Positions 34,963 to 52,500 of a stretch of DNA of 64,000 nt are shown piece by piece. The notes beneath the pieces were generated by a model. It had not been told where the DNA came from. It worked only from the letters and a program-made list of their open reading frames with translations, and did no database searches. Source of the DNA: the human T2T-CHM13v2.0 reference genome, Homo sapiens. A program made the position numbers and the translations under genes. Positions within the stretch are counted from its first letter, which is position 1. The number at the start of each line of letters is the position of its first letter. The stretch lies in the NCBI RefSeq assembly GCF_009914755.1, contig NC_060926.1; one strand, 5' to 3'.

Positions 34963-35865
34963 CCTCCCCTATGGTTAAATGTTACGTTACTATAGCATAT
35001 TATCACAACTCATTAACCAACATTTGATACATTATGATGAACTAAAGTCTGTGTTCTCTGCAGATGTCATTAATTTTTACCTAATGTCCTTTTTCATTTC
35101 TAGGATCCCATCCTGGATACCAAATGACATTTAGCCCATCACGCCCCCTTCATCTCCTGTACCGTGTGACAGTTTTTCAGACTTTCCTTGTTTTCGATGA
35201 CTTTGACAGTTTTGAGCAGTTCTGGTCGGATGTTCTGTAGAATGTTTCTCAGTCTTGGTTTGTCTGATGTTTTGATCATGGTTAGACTGGGGTTATAGGT
35301 TTTAGGAAGTAAGACCACAAAGGTAATGTCTTTTCTTGCTTTCTTGACTATGGATAGCCAACTCTTGAAAAGAGTAGTCTTTTCTCCACTGAATTGTCTT
35401 TGCACTTTTGTAAAAACTTGGTTGTTCATACTGCTAAACATCTATTTCTGGACTTTCTACTCTGTTCCATTGATCCAGTTGTGAAATATGTGATAATTAT
35501 AGCTTTGTAATGTCTTGAAATGAGTAGTATTAGCTCTCTAATTTTTTTCAAAGTTGTTTTTGCTATTGTAGGTTTTCTACATTTCTGTATGAATTTTAGA
35601 ATCAGTTTGCCAATTTGCACAAAAAAAAGCCTGTTGGGATTTTGGTTGAAATCATATTTAAGTTACAGTTCAACTGGGGAGAAACAGCATCCTAACAATT
35701 TTGAGTTTTCCAATTCTTGAACATATCTCTATATTCAGATCTCTCCTCAGTGTTTTAGTTTTCAGTGTAGTCTTTCACATCTTTGATCAGATTTATCCCT
35801 AAGTATTTCATGTTTTTGATGTTAAGTGGTATTTTCATTCAATTTGCAATTGTTCATTGCTAGTA

Positions 35866-38272
35866 CAGTTGACCCTTGAACAATGTGGAGATTAGGGATA
35901 CCAACCTCGCAGGTATTCTAAAATCCACATATCATTTTGACCCCCATAACTTAACTATTAATAGCCTACTGTATAGCAGAAGCCTTACCAATAACGTAAA
36001 TAGCCAATGAACACATATTTGATATGCTTTATGTGTTATATACTGTATTATTGTAATAAAGTCAGCTAGATAAAAGAAAATGTTATTAAGAAAATTTTAA
36101 GGTTTGAGAAAAAATTTTAGGGTTGAGAAAAAATGTATTAAGTATTCATTAAGTGGGAGTGGATCATCATAAAGATCTTCCTTTTGATTGTCCTCCACTG
36201 AGTAGGCTGAGGAGGAAGAGGAGGGGTTGGTCTTGCTTTTTCAGGGATGGCAGATGAGGAAGAGGTGGAGGAGGTGGAAAGGGAGGCAGGAGAGGCAGGC
36301 GCACTCGATTTAACTTAATGGAAATACATCATAATTACTGTCTGACATTTTTGCTCTTTCAGTTCTTTAAAAATGCTTGATATAGTATGAATTCTTCTTC
36401 ACCATTTGCTTTAGTTTCAGTGCCCATATCATAGAAGGGTACAATTTGCAAAAGAAGTCAAAAGCAGTCTTCAATAATCGGAATCCTTCTGCGAGATTGT
36501 CTAATGTCAATTTATTTTCTGACACTGCTTCTTCTGTATCTTCTTCCTCATTGTCTGGTACTGATTCAAAAGCACTCATCTCATCAAGTCATCTTCTGTT
36601 AATTCCTCAGGTGTGGTGTCTATTAGCTTTTAAGTATCTCCAAGATCTCTGTCTTCAAACTCTTTATGCCCACCTTGTTTTTCTTGCCTGCCATATCCAC
36701 AATTTCTTTCATGAGTCCCTTGATTGGCTCTGTTTTAAGTCCTGTGAAGTCACGCACAACATCTGGACACAGTTTTCTGCAGCGATAATGTATTGTTTAG
36801 GGCTTGATGGCTTTCACAGCTTTTTCTATACAACAAGGACATCTTCCACAGTGTAATCCTTCTAGATTTTCATGATGTTCGCCCCGCTGACATTCTCTTC
36901 CATAGTGTTGACAATCCTTTCCATAGAAAACCATGTGTAATGAGCCTTAAAGTGCCTTGTAACCCCTTGTTCTAATGGCTGAATTAGAGATGATGTTTGA
37001 GGACATGGAGACCACTTTGGCTCCTTTTGTGTTGAATTCATGGGGTTCTGGATGGCTAGAGGCATTGTCCAATATCAAAAGTAATTTAAAAGACAGTCCT
37101 TTAGTGGCAAGGTATTTCTGATTTCAGAGACAAAGCGTTGGTTTTCATGGAACCAGTTTGGAAAAAGTGTTTCTGTTGTACTGGCCTTCTTGTTCTACAA
37201 CAAAAAGACTGGGAGCTGGCGTTTATTTTTTCCCTTAAAGGCTCAAGGATTAGCAGCTTTATAGATAAGGTTATTCTTAATCATAAATTGGACTGTATTT
37301 GCATAAGACGACAGAGTTAGTCTATCTCTTCCTGGCTTAAATCCTCGTGCCCGCTTCTCTTCCTTACTTATAAATGTCTTTTGTGGCATTTTTTTTCTCT
37401 AGAATAGGGCACTTTTGCATGAATTAAAAACTGGCTCAGGCAGATATTCATTCTCCTCAATGCTTCTCTTCATGGGGTCTGGGAAGTCACCTGCTACCTC
37501 TTGTTTGGCAGAAGTTGCTTCTGTTATCTTGAGATTTTTAAAGTCAAACCTCTTTCTAAAACTAGCAAACCATCCTTTGCTGCCATTAAATTCTCCAGCT
37601 TTATATCCTTCAGTTTTATTTAGCTTTATGTTGTCATATAATGACTTTGTTTTTCTCAGGTCATATTAGAGTATATAGGTATGCCTTTCTTATAACCATC
37701 CTACACCCACATAAAAGCTGCATTTTTTATAATAAAATTTTATGTAGATAATCATGATACAGAATTACTCTTTGACAAATTATCTATGGATGTAATGACT
37801 CTAGTTTCAGACTTTTTTTTTTCTGAAATATGTGAGCGTTCCCCAACAGTCTGGTCTATTTTCCTACCTTAATTTTCTACTTTTGGTCTTGAATTTGTTG
37901 ATAGGGCACAGAGGACTTCCCATGAGGCTGTAAAGAACTTATTTCTCTGTGTGGGCTGTGCACACCATGGTGCTGTCATTACCATTACCACCAGGAGACT
38001 CCTTAAACACTTAGGATATATGATAGTTTTCACTTGGTTAAAAAATCTGCCAGTTTCTCAGTAAGACCTTTCTCACTATTAATCTTTAACCCACAGATGG
38101 AATCCTAGTTCTTTTTATCCATTAACTCTTTGAATATCCTTCTTTCTACCTTGGCAGTGGAGTCCATTGAGATTGAAAAGCTGCATTTTTAATATGAGAT
38201 AAAAAGATATTTTGGAAAAAGTGCAAGGTTTGAAGCCTGCTGGCATCACTGCAGTGAAGACTTACTGAATTT

Positions 38273-38328
<56 letters not shown>

Positions 38329-39102
38329 TTTAAACAAAGGTCCTTATCTGGATTCTTTTTTTTTTTTTTAATGATCGCCAACCACAGCTGCAGTCCTCAA
38401 CCTATGGTACATATCAAGCAATTCAACTTTTCTTGTAATATCATGAATTTCTCTGCTTCATGGGAGCACTTGAGGCATCACTAGCGACACTTTGTATGGG
38501 TCCTATGGTATTATTTAGAGTTTCTGATATGCACCAAACATGACAAACAATGCATGAGAACTGTGAGATCAGTGTTTACTGTGATACACAATTTACTGGA
38601 GGGATGAACTGTACACATGGAGATGATCAGCCTCACACGGCGTACTGAGTGGATACTTGCAACACTTGAACTCCCTGCAATAGCAACAGGGGGTGGCTAT
38701 GAAATTATCACAATAGTACAGTAGGCACAGTTAACTCTATGCAGTTATGACTTAATGCTGCAAACTTACCTTTGTTACTTTTCTCTTGACTACAAATGGT
38801 GTCATGTATAGTCTGTAAGTGTTTGTGTGCATAAGTTTTGATAAATTTTAACTATTTAAAATAGATTTGTGTCTATAATATGGTAGTAAATGATAAAATA
38901 GACTCGTTGCTATATATATTTTAGGCATTCCTGACATACTCAAGTTTTTCTTAATTTTTTCACTATTGTAGGCTATGTGGCTTATCTGCAAGTTTTTCAA
39001 TTTGTTGCAAATCTCCATAACATTTTCTAATATATTTATTGCAACAAATCTGCCCATAAATGGACCAACACCGTTGAAACTCTTAATGTTCATGAGTAAC
39101 CA
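35866..39102 (-). mobile_element. Tigger2 copy, near full length, with a 448-bp insertion and a (TTTC)n tract at ~38270-38330
   Basis: ta|cagttgacccttgaacaa TIR in the same L1M flank as the copy at 1588. ORFs 36862-37065 (SSLIQPLEQGV..HFKAHY) and 36367-36579 resemble pogo DDE transposase. Confidence 0.82.
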
Positions 39103-39807
39103 TTTATATAAATGAAATTAACTTTTACTTATTGTATCCTGCAACCATGCTAAACTTACTTATTTGTTCTTGGAGGTTGTTGTAGAGTTTGTTGGAATTT
39201 CCCCATAGATGATCATGTTGACTGTGAATGAGATCCTTTTACTTTTCAGATCTGGATATTTTAAATTTCTTTTTCTTGTTTGACTGCATTGAATAGAACA
39301 ATGTTGAATGGAAGTAGTAATTAGCCCCCATTCTTGGCATGTGTCTGATCTGAGGAGTGGAGCATTCAGTCTTTCACCATTAAGGATGATGTTAGCTGTG
39401 GGTTTTTCCAAGATGCCCTTCATTAGCTTTGGAAACTTCTCTTCTTTTCCTAGTTTGCTGAGAGTTTTTTTTTTTTTTTGTCAGATATGAATTTTGGACT
39501 CTGTCAAACACTTTTTCTGTAACTATTAAGATTGCTACATGGTTATACAGTTTTAGTTTATTTATATGGTATGTTACTTAGATTTATTTTTAAAGCTTAT
39601 TTATTTTATCATTAATTATGGTGAAATACACATAGCATAAACCTTGTCATCTTCACCACTTTAGGTGCACAGTTCAGTATCCAGTGTATTCACATTGCTG
39701 TGCAACCAACACCACCATTCATCTGCAGAACTCTCTTCATCTTCCCAAACTGAAGCTTGGGACCCATTAAACAATAATTGCCCATTCCCCTCTCCTCCAA
39801 GCCCTGG

Positions 39808-40494
39808 TGTAACCGCCCGGGGGATTCACCTTGCCTGCTGCCTAGACAGAGTCAATATAACAAGACAGGGGAATTGCAATAGAGAAAGAGTAATTAATGC
39901 AGAACTAGCCGTGTGGTAGACCGGAGTTTTATTATTACTCAAATCAGTCTCCCCAAGCAATTTGGGGAACAGTTTTTAAGGAATACTTGGTGGGTTGGGG
40001 GAATCCAGTAATCCAGGAGTGCTGATTGGTCAGGGATGAAATCTTAGGCAGTTGAAGCTGTCTTCTTGCACTGAATCAGTTCCTGGGTGGGGGCCACAAG
40101 AGCAGATGAGCCAGTTTATTGATCTGGGTGGTGCCAGCTGATCCATCAAGGACAGGGTCTGCAAAATGTCTCAAGCACTGATCTTAGGAGTGGTTTAGGG
40201 AGGGTCAGAATCTCGTAACCTCCATCTGCATGAATCCTAAACCATAATTTCTAATCTTGTGGCTAATGCTAGTCCTACAAAGGGAATCTAGTCCCCTGGC
40301 AAGAAGGAGGTCTGCTTTGAGAAAGGGCTGTTATTGTCTTTGTTTTAAACAACTATAAAATAAGTTTCTCCCAAAGTTGGTTCAGTCTATGTCCAGGAAT
40401 GAACAAGGACAGCTTGGAGGTTAGAAGCAAGATGGAGTCAGTTAAGTTAGATCTTTTTCACTGTCTCAGGCATAATTTTGCAAAGGCGGTTTCA
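39808..40494 (-). mobile_element. LTR8-like solo LTR (ERV1)
   Basis: 687 bp, TG...CA. The reverse complement begins TGAAACCGCCTTTGCAAAATTATG. It interrupts an L1MB-like segment paralogous to ~5790. Confidence 0.8.
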
Positions 40495-40570
40495 TTTGCA
40501 ACCACCATTCCTCTTTTTGATTCTATGAATTTCTCTATTTTAGATACCTCATACAAGTAGAATGATATAA

Positions 40571-41448
40571 CTTCCAACTTTAAGTCATTTCTTTGTCCTT
40601 GCATCTAAGTGTAGGTAGTTACAAGCAGCCAGGCCACATCTGGAATACTTTACTGCTTAGAAATTTCTTCTGCCAGATACCCTAGGTCATCACTCTCAAG
40701 TTTAAAGTTCCACAGATTCCTAGAGCATGGACTCAATGCAGCCAAGTTCTTTGTTAAGGCATAGCAAGGGTGACCTTTGCTCACGTTCCAAATAACTTCC
40801 TCATTTTCACATGAGACCTCATTAGCCTGGCCCTCACTGCTGATTTTTCTATCAGTATTTTGGTCACAAGCATTTAACCAGTCTCTAAGAAGGTCCAAGC
40901 TTTCCTTCATCTTCCTGTCTTCTTCTGAGCCCTCCAAACTCTTCAAACGTCTGCCTGCTACCAAGTTCCAAAGTTGCTTCCAAATTTTCAGTATCTTTAT
41001 AGCAACATCTCAGTACCAATTTTCTATTAGTACTATTTTCTGTTGGTACCAATTTTCTACCCTTCATTACGTTGCCATAAAGGAATGCCTGAGACTGGGT
41101 AATTTATAAATAAAAGAGGTTTAATTGGCTCAAGATTTTGCAGGCTGTACAAGCATGGCGCTGCCATCTGTTCATATTCTGGGGAAGCCTCAGGGAGTGT
41201 TTACTCATGGTAGAAGATGAAGCAGGAGCATGTCACATGACAAAAGCAGGATCAAGAGAGAGTTGGTGGGGGAGGTCCACACACTTGACCATATCTTGTG
41301 AATACTCACTGACTATTGCAAGGACAACACAAAGCCATGAGGGATCCACCCCCATGATCCAAACACCTCCCACCAGGCCCCACCTCCAACATTGGGTATC
41401 ATATTTCAACATGAGATTTGGGTGGGGACAAATATCCAAGCTATAACA
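40571..41448 (-). mobile_element. MST element: 5' LTR plus ~0.5 kb internal sequence, remainder deleted
   Basis: Internal ORF-like SLEGSEEDRKM, boundary ggtaccaattttct, and LTR end ggggacaaatatccaagctataaca. Confidence 0.8.
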
Positions 41449-42017
41449 CTGAACTGTGATTTGACATTTTCATTTGTCTCATTTGGAATTTTTTTCCAGT
41501 TTCATGAATCCTTTTGTGCCACTTCATGGACCTCTCAGTTAACAAATTTTATAATTGTAGATCATATCCAAGTTGCATTTAAAGATACTCTTTTTGGGAA
41601 AATACCAAAAACCACAGTGAGAAATGAAACTTCCCTTTTTTGCCAATTCTATAGAAAATGCTCTTAGTAGTTTTGTGTGCATCATTTTCATTTTTTGAAA
41701 TTATTTTATGCATATGCAGATATCTAATGCATATTCTCACACCTATTTTGTTAAAATGTAGTACCAGGCTGGACATATTGTTCTTTACTTTGCATTTTTC
41801 ATTTGCCAATAAATTATAGACATCTTTAGAGGCCAATACAGACTGATTTGACAAGTTCTTTCAGTAATGACATGAAAGTCTTTACTTTGGATTTAATGTA
41901 GTTTTTTCAACCAATTAATATTGATATAGATTTAGGCATTTTCCAAATTTGTCTTTTTGCACATTAGTATGTAAACACTCTTTAATACTTTCTTTACATT
42001 ACTATATTTCCATATTC
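41449..42017 (+). pseudogene. Orphan UGT1A intron-1 proximal segment with no exon (remnant of a deleted cassette)
   Basis: Aligns to ~14093-14713, ~49505-50128 and ~59505-60128, beginning ~66 nt after where the donor would be. Confidence 0.8.
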
Positions 42018-42592
42018 GTAGCCTCTGATGAATTCTTCATCATGTGCATCCCCAGCAGCTTTACTTCTCTCATTGAACCCTGACTGCTATAGAATGGAAG
42101 TAGTGGCTGTGGCAAAGTAGTGCCTTGTACACTTTTTGACTTGAAATACAGGAGGCAGAAGCAATAGGAATGAGGGTAGAGGCTAGACCATAGCTCTACT
42201 GGAGTTTCTGCAGGAAAGGCAAGGTAGGGCAGGAGAAACAGTTTAGCATTGGTTGGTTTGAATAATTTCAGTGGGCTCTGAGGTCTAAGGGCAGGCCCTT
42301 TGCTATCTGTAATAATTGGCTGACCCAGGGAGGTGCACTGCATCCCTACCAGATAGGGATTTTTAAGATGCAAAAATATAATAATATACAGAAAATTTAA
42401 AAATACACACAATACAGGAAGTATTTTATTCTTATGGATAAATACCCAACAGTGGAGTAGTTGTGATCTATGGTAGGTGTATGGTTACCTTTTTAAGAAT
42501 TTGCCAGACAATATTTACAAGCGGCCAGACCAAGGTGCCCTCCCACCACCTGCATATGAGAGGTCCAGCTGTTCATACTCACCAACACTGGA

Positions 42593-43003
42593 TGTCTTAG
42601 TCCGTTTGCATTGCGATAAAGGAATACCTGAGGTTGGTTAATTTATAAAGAAAACATGTTTATTTGGCTGGTGGTTCATTCAGGCGATACAAGAAGCATG
42701 GCACCAGCATCCGCATCTGGCGAGAGACTCAGGCTACTTCCACTCATGGCAGAAGGTGAGGGTGGAGGGTGCTGATCACATGGCTAGAGAGAAGCAAGAG
42801 AAAAAGGAGGCAGGTGCCAGGCTTTTTTTTAATAATCAGTTCTTGCTGAAACTAATAGATGGGAAGTTCACTCATTACTGGGAGGGGGCACTAGGTCATT
42901 CATCAGGGATCCACTCAAACACCTCCTGCTAAGCCCCACTTTCAACATTAGAGATCAAATTTCAACACTTGATTTGGGAGGGACAGATAATTCAGCTATA
43001 TCA
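42593..43003 (-). mobile_element. MST LTR
   Basis: tgtcttagtccgtttgcattgcgataaaggaatacctgagg...cagctatatca. Confidence 0.78.
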
Positions 43004-43265
43004 TTTGATATGCTCAATCTTTTTCATTGCAGCTATTTTAACGGGATGTGGATTAAACCTCAGTTTTAGTTTGATTACCCTAATCATTAGTTATCTTGAA
43101 CGTCTTTACATGTGCCTGTTTGCCATCTGTGTACCTTCTTGGGTTATTCTCTGTTCAAATCTTTGCTCATTAAAAAACATTTTTTAAAATTGAATTTTAA
43201 AGATTATTTATATTCTGGATATTTATCCTTTACCAGTCTGTAGATGTTTTTTTTAAAGTAAACTC

Positions 43266-44592
<1,327 letters not shown>

Positions 44593-44706
44593 TTTTATTT
44601 TACAATAAATTTAGATTTAAAGCAAGGGTGCAAAAAATTGCACTAAGAATTCCCATATATCTTTTGCCAGTTTCCCCTATTGCTAAATGTTAGTTTACTG
44701 TGCACA

Positions 44707-45364
44707 TTTTTTTTTTATTATACTTTAAGTTCTAGGGTACATGTGCACAACATGCAGGTTTGTTACATATGTATACATGTGCCGTGTTGGTTTGCTGCAC
44801 CCATTAACTCGTCATTTACATTAGGTATTTTTCCTAATGCTATCCCTCCCCCATACCCCCACCTCTCGACAGGCCCCGGTGTGCGATATTCCCCGCCCTG
44901 TGTCCAAGTGTTCTCATTGTTTAAATCCCACCTATGAGTGAGAACATGCAATGTTTGGTTTTCCGTCCTTGCGATAGTTTGCTCAGAATGATGGTTTCCA
45001 GCTTCATCCATGTCGCTACAAAGGACATGAACTCATCCTTTTTTATGGCTGCATAGTATTCCATGGTGTATATGTGCCACATTTTCTTAATCCAGTCTAC
45101 CACTGATGGACATTTGGGTTGCTTCCAAGTCTTTGCTTTTGTGAATAGTGCCCCAATAAACATACGTGTGCATGTGTCTTTATAGTACCATGATTTATAA
45201 TCCTTTGGATACATACCCAGTAATGGGATGGCTGGGTCAAATGGTATTTCTAGTTCTAGATCCTTGAGGAATTGCCACACTGTCTTCCACAATGGTTGAA
45301 CTAGTTTACACTCCCACCAACAGGGTAAAAGCGTTCCTATTTCTCCACATCTTCTCTAGCACCT
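44707..45364 (-). mobile_element. L1PA 3' fragment
   Basis: Poly(T) tail and ORF2 C-terminal ORF 44921-45292. TSD ctgtgcacattt / ctatgtacattt. Confidence 0.92.
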
Positions 45365-46249
45365 ATGTACATTTATCACAACTCATTAATCAACACTGAC
45401 ACATTATGTTGAACCAAAGTCTATGTTTTCTTTAGATGTCATTAATTTTTACCTAATGTCCTTGTTCTTTTCTGGGATCCCATCCAGGATACCGCATGAC
45501 ATTTACTCATCACATTTGTTTCATCTCCTCTAGCCTGTGACAGTTTTTCAGAGTTTCCTTGGTTTTGATTACTTTGTCAGTTTTGAGCAATTCTGGTGAG
45601 GTATTCTGTAGAATGTTCCTCAGTTTGAGTTTGTCTGATGTTTTGATTATGGTAACACAGGGGTTATAGGTTTTTAGGAGGAAGACCACAAGGTAATGTG
45701 TTTTCCCGCTTTCTTGCGAATGGATACCCAACTGTTGAAGAGTCATCTTTTCCCCACAGAATTGCCTGTGCACCTTTGAAAAAACTTGGTTGCTCATACT
45801 TCTATTTCTGGGTATTCTATTCTGTTCCAATGATCTTTTTGTGAAATATTTGATTACTATAGATTTGTAATAAGTCTTGAAATTAGGTAATAATTGCTCT
45901 CCATTTTTTTTTTCTATTTTTTAAAAGTTATTTTTGCTATTGTAGGTCTTTTACATTTCCCTATGAATTTTAGAATCAGTTTGCCAATTTGTACAAAAAG
46001 ATAGCCTGCTGGAATTTAGATTGGGGTTGTATTAAATTTATAGATCAACTAAGGAAAAATAACATTTTAACAATTTTGAGTTTTCTGATTCATGAACATA
46101 TCTATTTATTCAGGTCTCTCACCAATGTTTTGTTGTTTTCAGTGTACAATCTTTCACATCTTTTGTCAGATTTATCTGTTAGTATTTTTTATTTTTGATG
46201 CTATTTAGGTGCTGTTTTCATTCCAATTTTCAATTGTTCATTGCTAGTA

Positions 46250-47658
<1,409 letters not shown>

Positions 47659-47737
47659 CCAAACATACAAACATACAAACTATGTCAAAGGCATAGCATG
47701 GGTACTGTGAAAGGAGGGTGAAAACACAAAGTTGACA

Positions 47738-47750
47738 TCACCTCTGACCT
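47738..47750 (-). promoter_or_regulatory. UGT1A9: DR1 nuclear-receptor element (PPRE-like) upstream of UGT1A9
   Basis: TCACCT-C-TGACCT equals AGGTCA-G-AGGTGA on the minus strand. UGT1A9 is a known PPAR target. Confidence 0.6.
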
Positions 47751-48210
47751 CAAGGAGTGCTCAGCAGACTGAGAGAGACAAGTACATATTTTCCTGAAGG
47801 AGGGCACTGGAGTGATGGCGTGTTTAGAATGTGCAAGTTGAGCGGTCACTGAGAGGCAGCTCAGCAGAGTGCTCTCGCAAGGATTGGGCGGGCAACTTCC
47901 CACTGCGTGCGATGTATCTTAGGAAAGCCATTTAAAATAGGAGACGGTTACTTTCCATCAAGTCCCTGGTATGGTCCATGGAAGCAGGGTTGTCAGTCTC
48001 ATTTCAGCATTTTAGAGGCTTCTCAGGGTTTGGAAATGGAAGAAGAGAAGCAGCAATATGTATGCATTGCAGAGACACAGGCGAGCCCCAATTTAGGAGG
48101 TTAGGAGGTCAGTGCTAAGGGCCTTGTTTTCTTTGCTTAGAGCATGAGTTGCCATCTTCTCTGGACAGAGAGTATTTGGTTGCCTAAAGGTAAAATCTAA
48201 ATTTTGCTCT

Positions 48211-49594
<1,384 letters not shown>

Positions 49595-52500
49595 TAGCAA
49601 ATTTTATAAAACTGCCCTTCTTGAAGATATGTATTTATAACTTATAAAATTGTGGAACATATTCAGCCTACATTTTTAAGTACCATGTTTAGAAAAGTAC
49701 CAAAAACCACAGTAAGAAATGAAACTTCCCTTTTTTGTTAATTCTATATGCCCGCCCCAGAGGAAATGGTCTTAGTTTTGTGAACATTCTTTTAATGTTT
49801 TTAAAAAAGTACTTTAGGTATATACAATATCTAATGTAAATTCTCACACCTATTTTGTTAAAATAAAATCTAGTATTGGGCTGGACATATTCTTCTTTTC
49901 TTTGCATTTTTCACTTGCCAATAAATTATAAATACCTTTATAGACCAATACAGACAGATTTGACAAGTTCTATTAATAATTGCATAAAATACTTTACTTT
50001 GGATGCAATGTAGTTTTTAACCAATTAATATTGATATAGATTTAGGCATTTTGCATTTTTTGTCTTTATGAATAGGGCCGTGTAAACACTCTTTAATACT
50101 TTCCTTACATGAATATATTTCCATATTCTTGCTTTTATCTTAGTTGACTAGAGCCCTACATGTAGGGTTACAGGATTTCCATGAATTGAGAAGGATTGGC
50201 ATTTTTTTGCTATTGTGTCTTCCTGTTCAGGAATATGTATGTCTCACTATTTATTCAGATCTTGTTTTATATACATAAATAAAATTTTTCACTATATAAG
50301 CATTTTCTGTTTCTTATTAACATTTATTCCTCAGCATTTCATTATTTTTGAAACTATTGGGTACAGGACAATTTTTCCATTTCTACATGTAACTGACTAT
50401 GGGTAATTAAGGTTTTGTTTTTTGCATATGTATCTTGTATCCAGCCACATTACTAACTTATCTTATTATTTTGTAGTATACAGTAGATGTACAATATACA
50501 ATGTCAACTGCAAAGAATTCCCTTCTCTGATATTTATACCACTTATTTTGCTTTGCTGGAGCTTATACTTCCAAAGCACTATTGAGTAATATTGTGAGAG
50601 TAGCCAGTTTAAATTTTAAATAGGGATTCAATCACTTGTGATTGAAAAGTCCATGACAAATACCAGAATAACATTCTTAGCAAATGTGTAGTTGGCTGAA
50701 TCCAGATTAAACACCTAATGTCTAATCTCAGTATATTATTTTGGAGGGATGGAGTATACAATTTATCTATTGTTCTGGCTCCTTACAAGGTTCAGTAGAC
50801 TTGGTAACACAGTCATATTCTCTCACATATTGGCAGATGTTTGGTGAAAGAGTGACTGTTCAGCCAACTCATGGGAAAGTGAAATAATGCTCTTTCTAAA
50901 AAGCAGGAGGACTACAGTTGTAGGCCTTTCAAAATTAGGCATGACTTTCGGATCTTCACAAGACTAGGCTAGGAGATGCAAATGGCAGAAATCTAAGAGG
51001 TTAGACTTGTCTAAGCACTTTTCTCCCCTTTACCCTCCATAAATTATAGTATCCTCCATTAATTGTAGTAACAGGCACCACTTATGTGTTGCCTGCACCC
51101 CACAACCTTTGGCTGAGGGTAAGGCCCTGCCACTTCCTGAACCCACACTGAATTTATTGTGCCTCACAGCGTCACCCAGAGGCCTTTAGAGATATAAAAA
51201 CCTATATATGATTTTATATCACCTATGATAGAGGGTTATCTATAAAATATGAAACATCAAACTATATATGGTTTCATTTATTTTGATTATAAATATCTTT
51301 TATGAGATATGAAATAAATGTGTTTATGTGTCTATTAAAGAATATGGATGTATGAAAGTTTTTATACTTGTGGAAGATTACATATATTAATGTATGTATT
51401 TATGACTATACGTGTAAAGCCAGCGGAGTTCTCACAGAGGAATTCAGAACTCAAAGAAGGCTTTCCGGCAAAGAGCCTTGGATATGGCCCAACCACAGAA
51501 GTAAATTGTCATTGACAGAAGGATGGACACTTCATATTGCTCCTTCCTTGTTTCAGATGCCAGGATGTGTCTGGGAAAAGCATGCAGTTGGTTACATCTT
51601 GCTGGGAAACAGGATTCAGAGTCTGTGTCTTATCTGTCTGATGAGAAGGAAGCATTACTTGATGATGGAGTATGTGTTTGCACATGTATGTGTTTGTGTA
51701 TGTGCAGGTGTGTTTGTGTGCAGTGTCCCAGACCCTGCATAGGGGATTTTCTTGAAGGTCTCCTGTAACAAAATCTCCTTGAGGCTATCCAGGGGAATTA
51801 CATCCAGGGATGTAATTAAATACTTTAACAAGGATGGCAGATGGCCCCGTCTTCAATGTCAGGGATCAAATTTCAACGTGAGATTTGGAGGGGACAAACT
51901 TCTAAACTATATCATTCCGTGTGGTCATTCTTTTACATTCCAGCGTTCTAATGTGTGTGTGTTGATTAATGATGTGTAAATAATTCAGCAGAACATTGAA
52001 ATAGTTTTAATGGCAAAAAGAGGAGGTCCCTAGTCTTTTTGAATTTTTGATGAGTTCCAACAGAATTAATGACTGGTTTTAGGTGAAAAGAATTCAGGCT
52101 TTGTCTATACCATCCATGGCAGGTGCGGCTCTGGGGGTGGGATATGGTTACAGATAAATAAGAGATCTGTGCTTCCCCCCTTGCTGTAAGATTCTGGCTA
52201 TAGTCCAAGATCCAAATTCAAAGTTAGCTTTTGGTGGACAAGACTAAGGCCTCCCACTAAAATTATTTACTTCAAGTTTTTATTTTCAAAGTTTTCAAAC
52301 ATACACAATGGAGAGACTCAGTGTAATGAGCACCCACTTATCCATTCTTAGGTTAAATAATTTTCACTATTTTGCTCTACTAATTCATCTATCCCTTTAT
52401 TCTATCTTTTTAAAGAAAACTTTTAAAAATAAATTTGTATGTTTTTAAAAAGAAATTCTTGGCATGTCATTCCATCACTGAACAATTCATTTAATATAAA

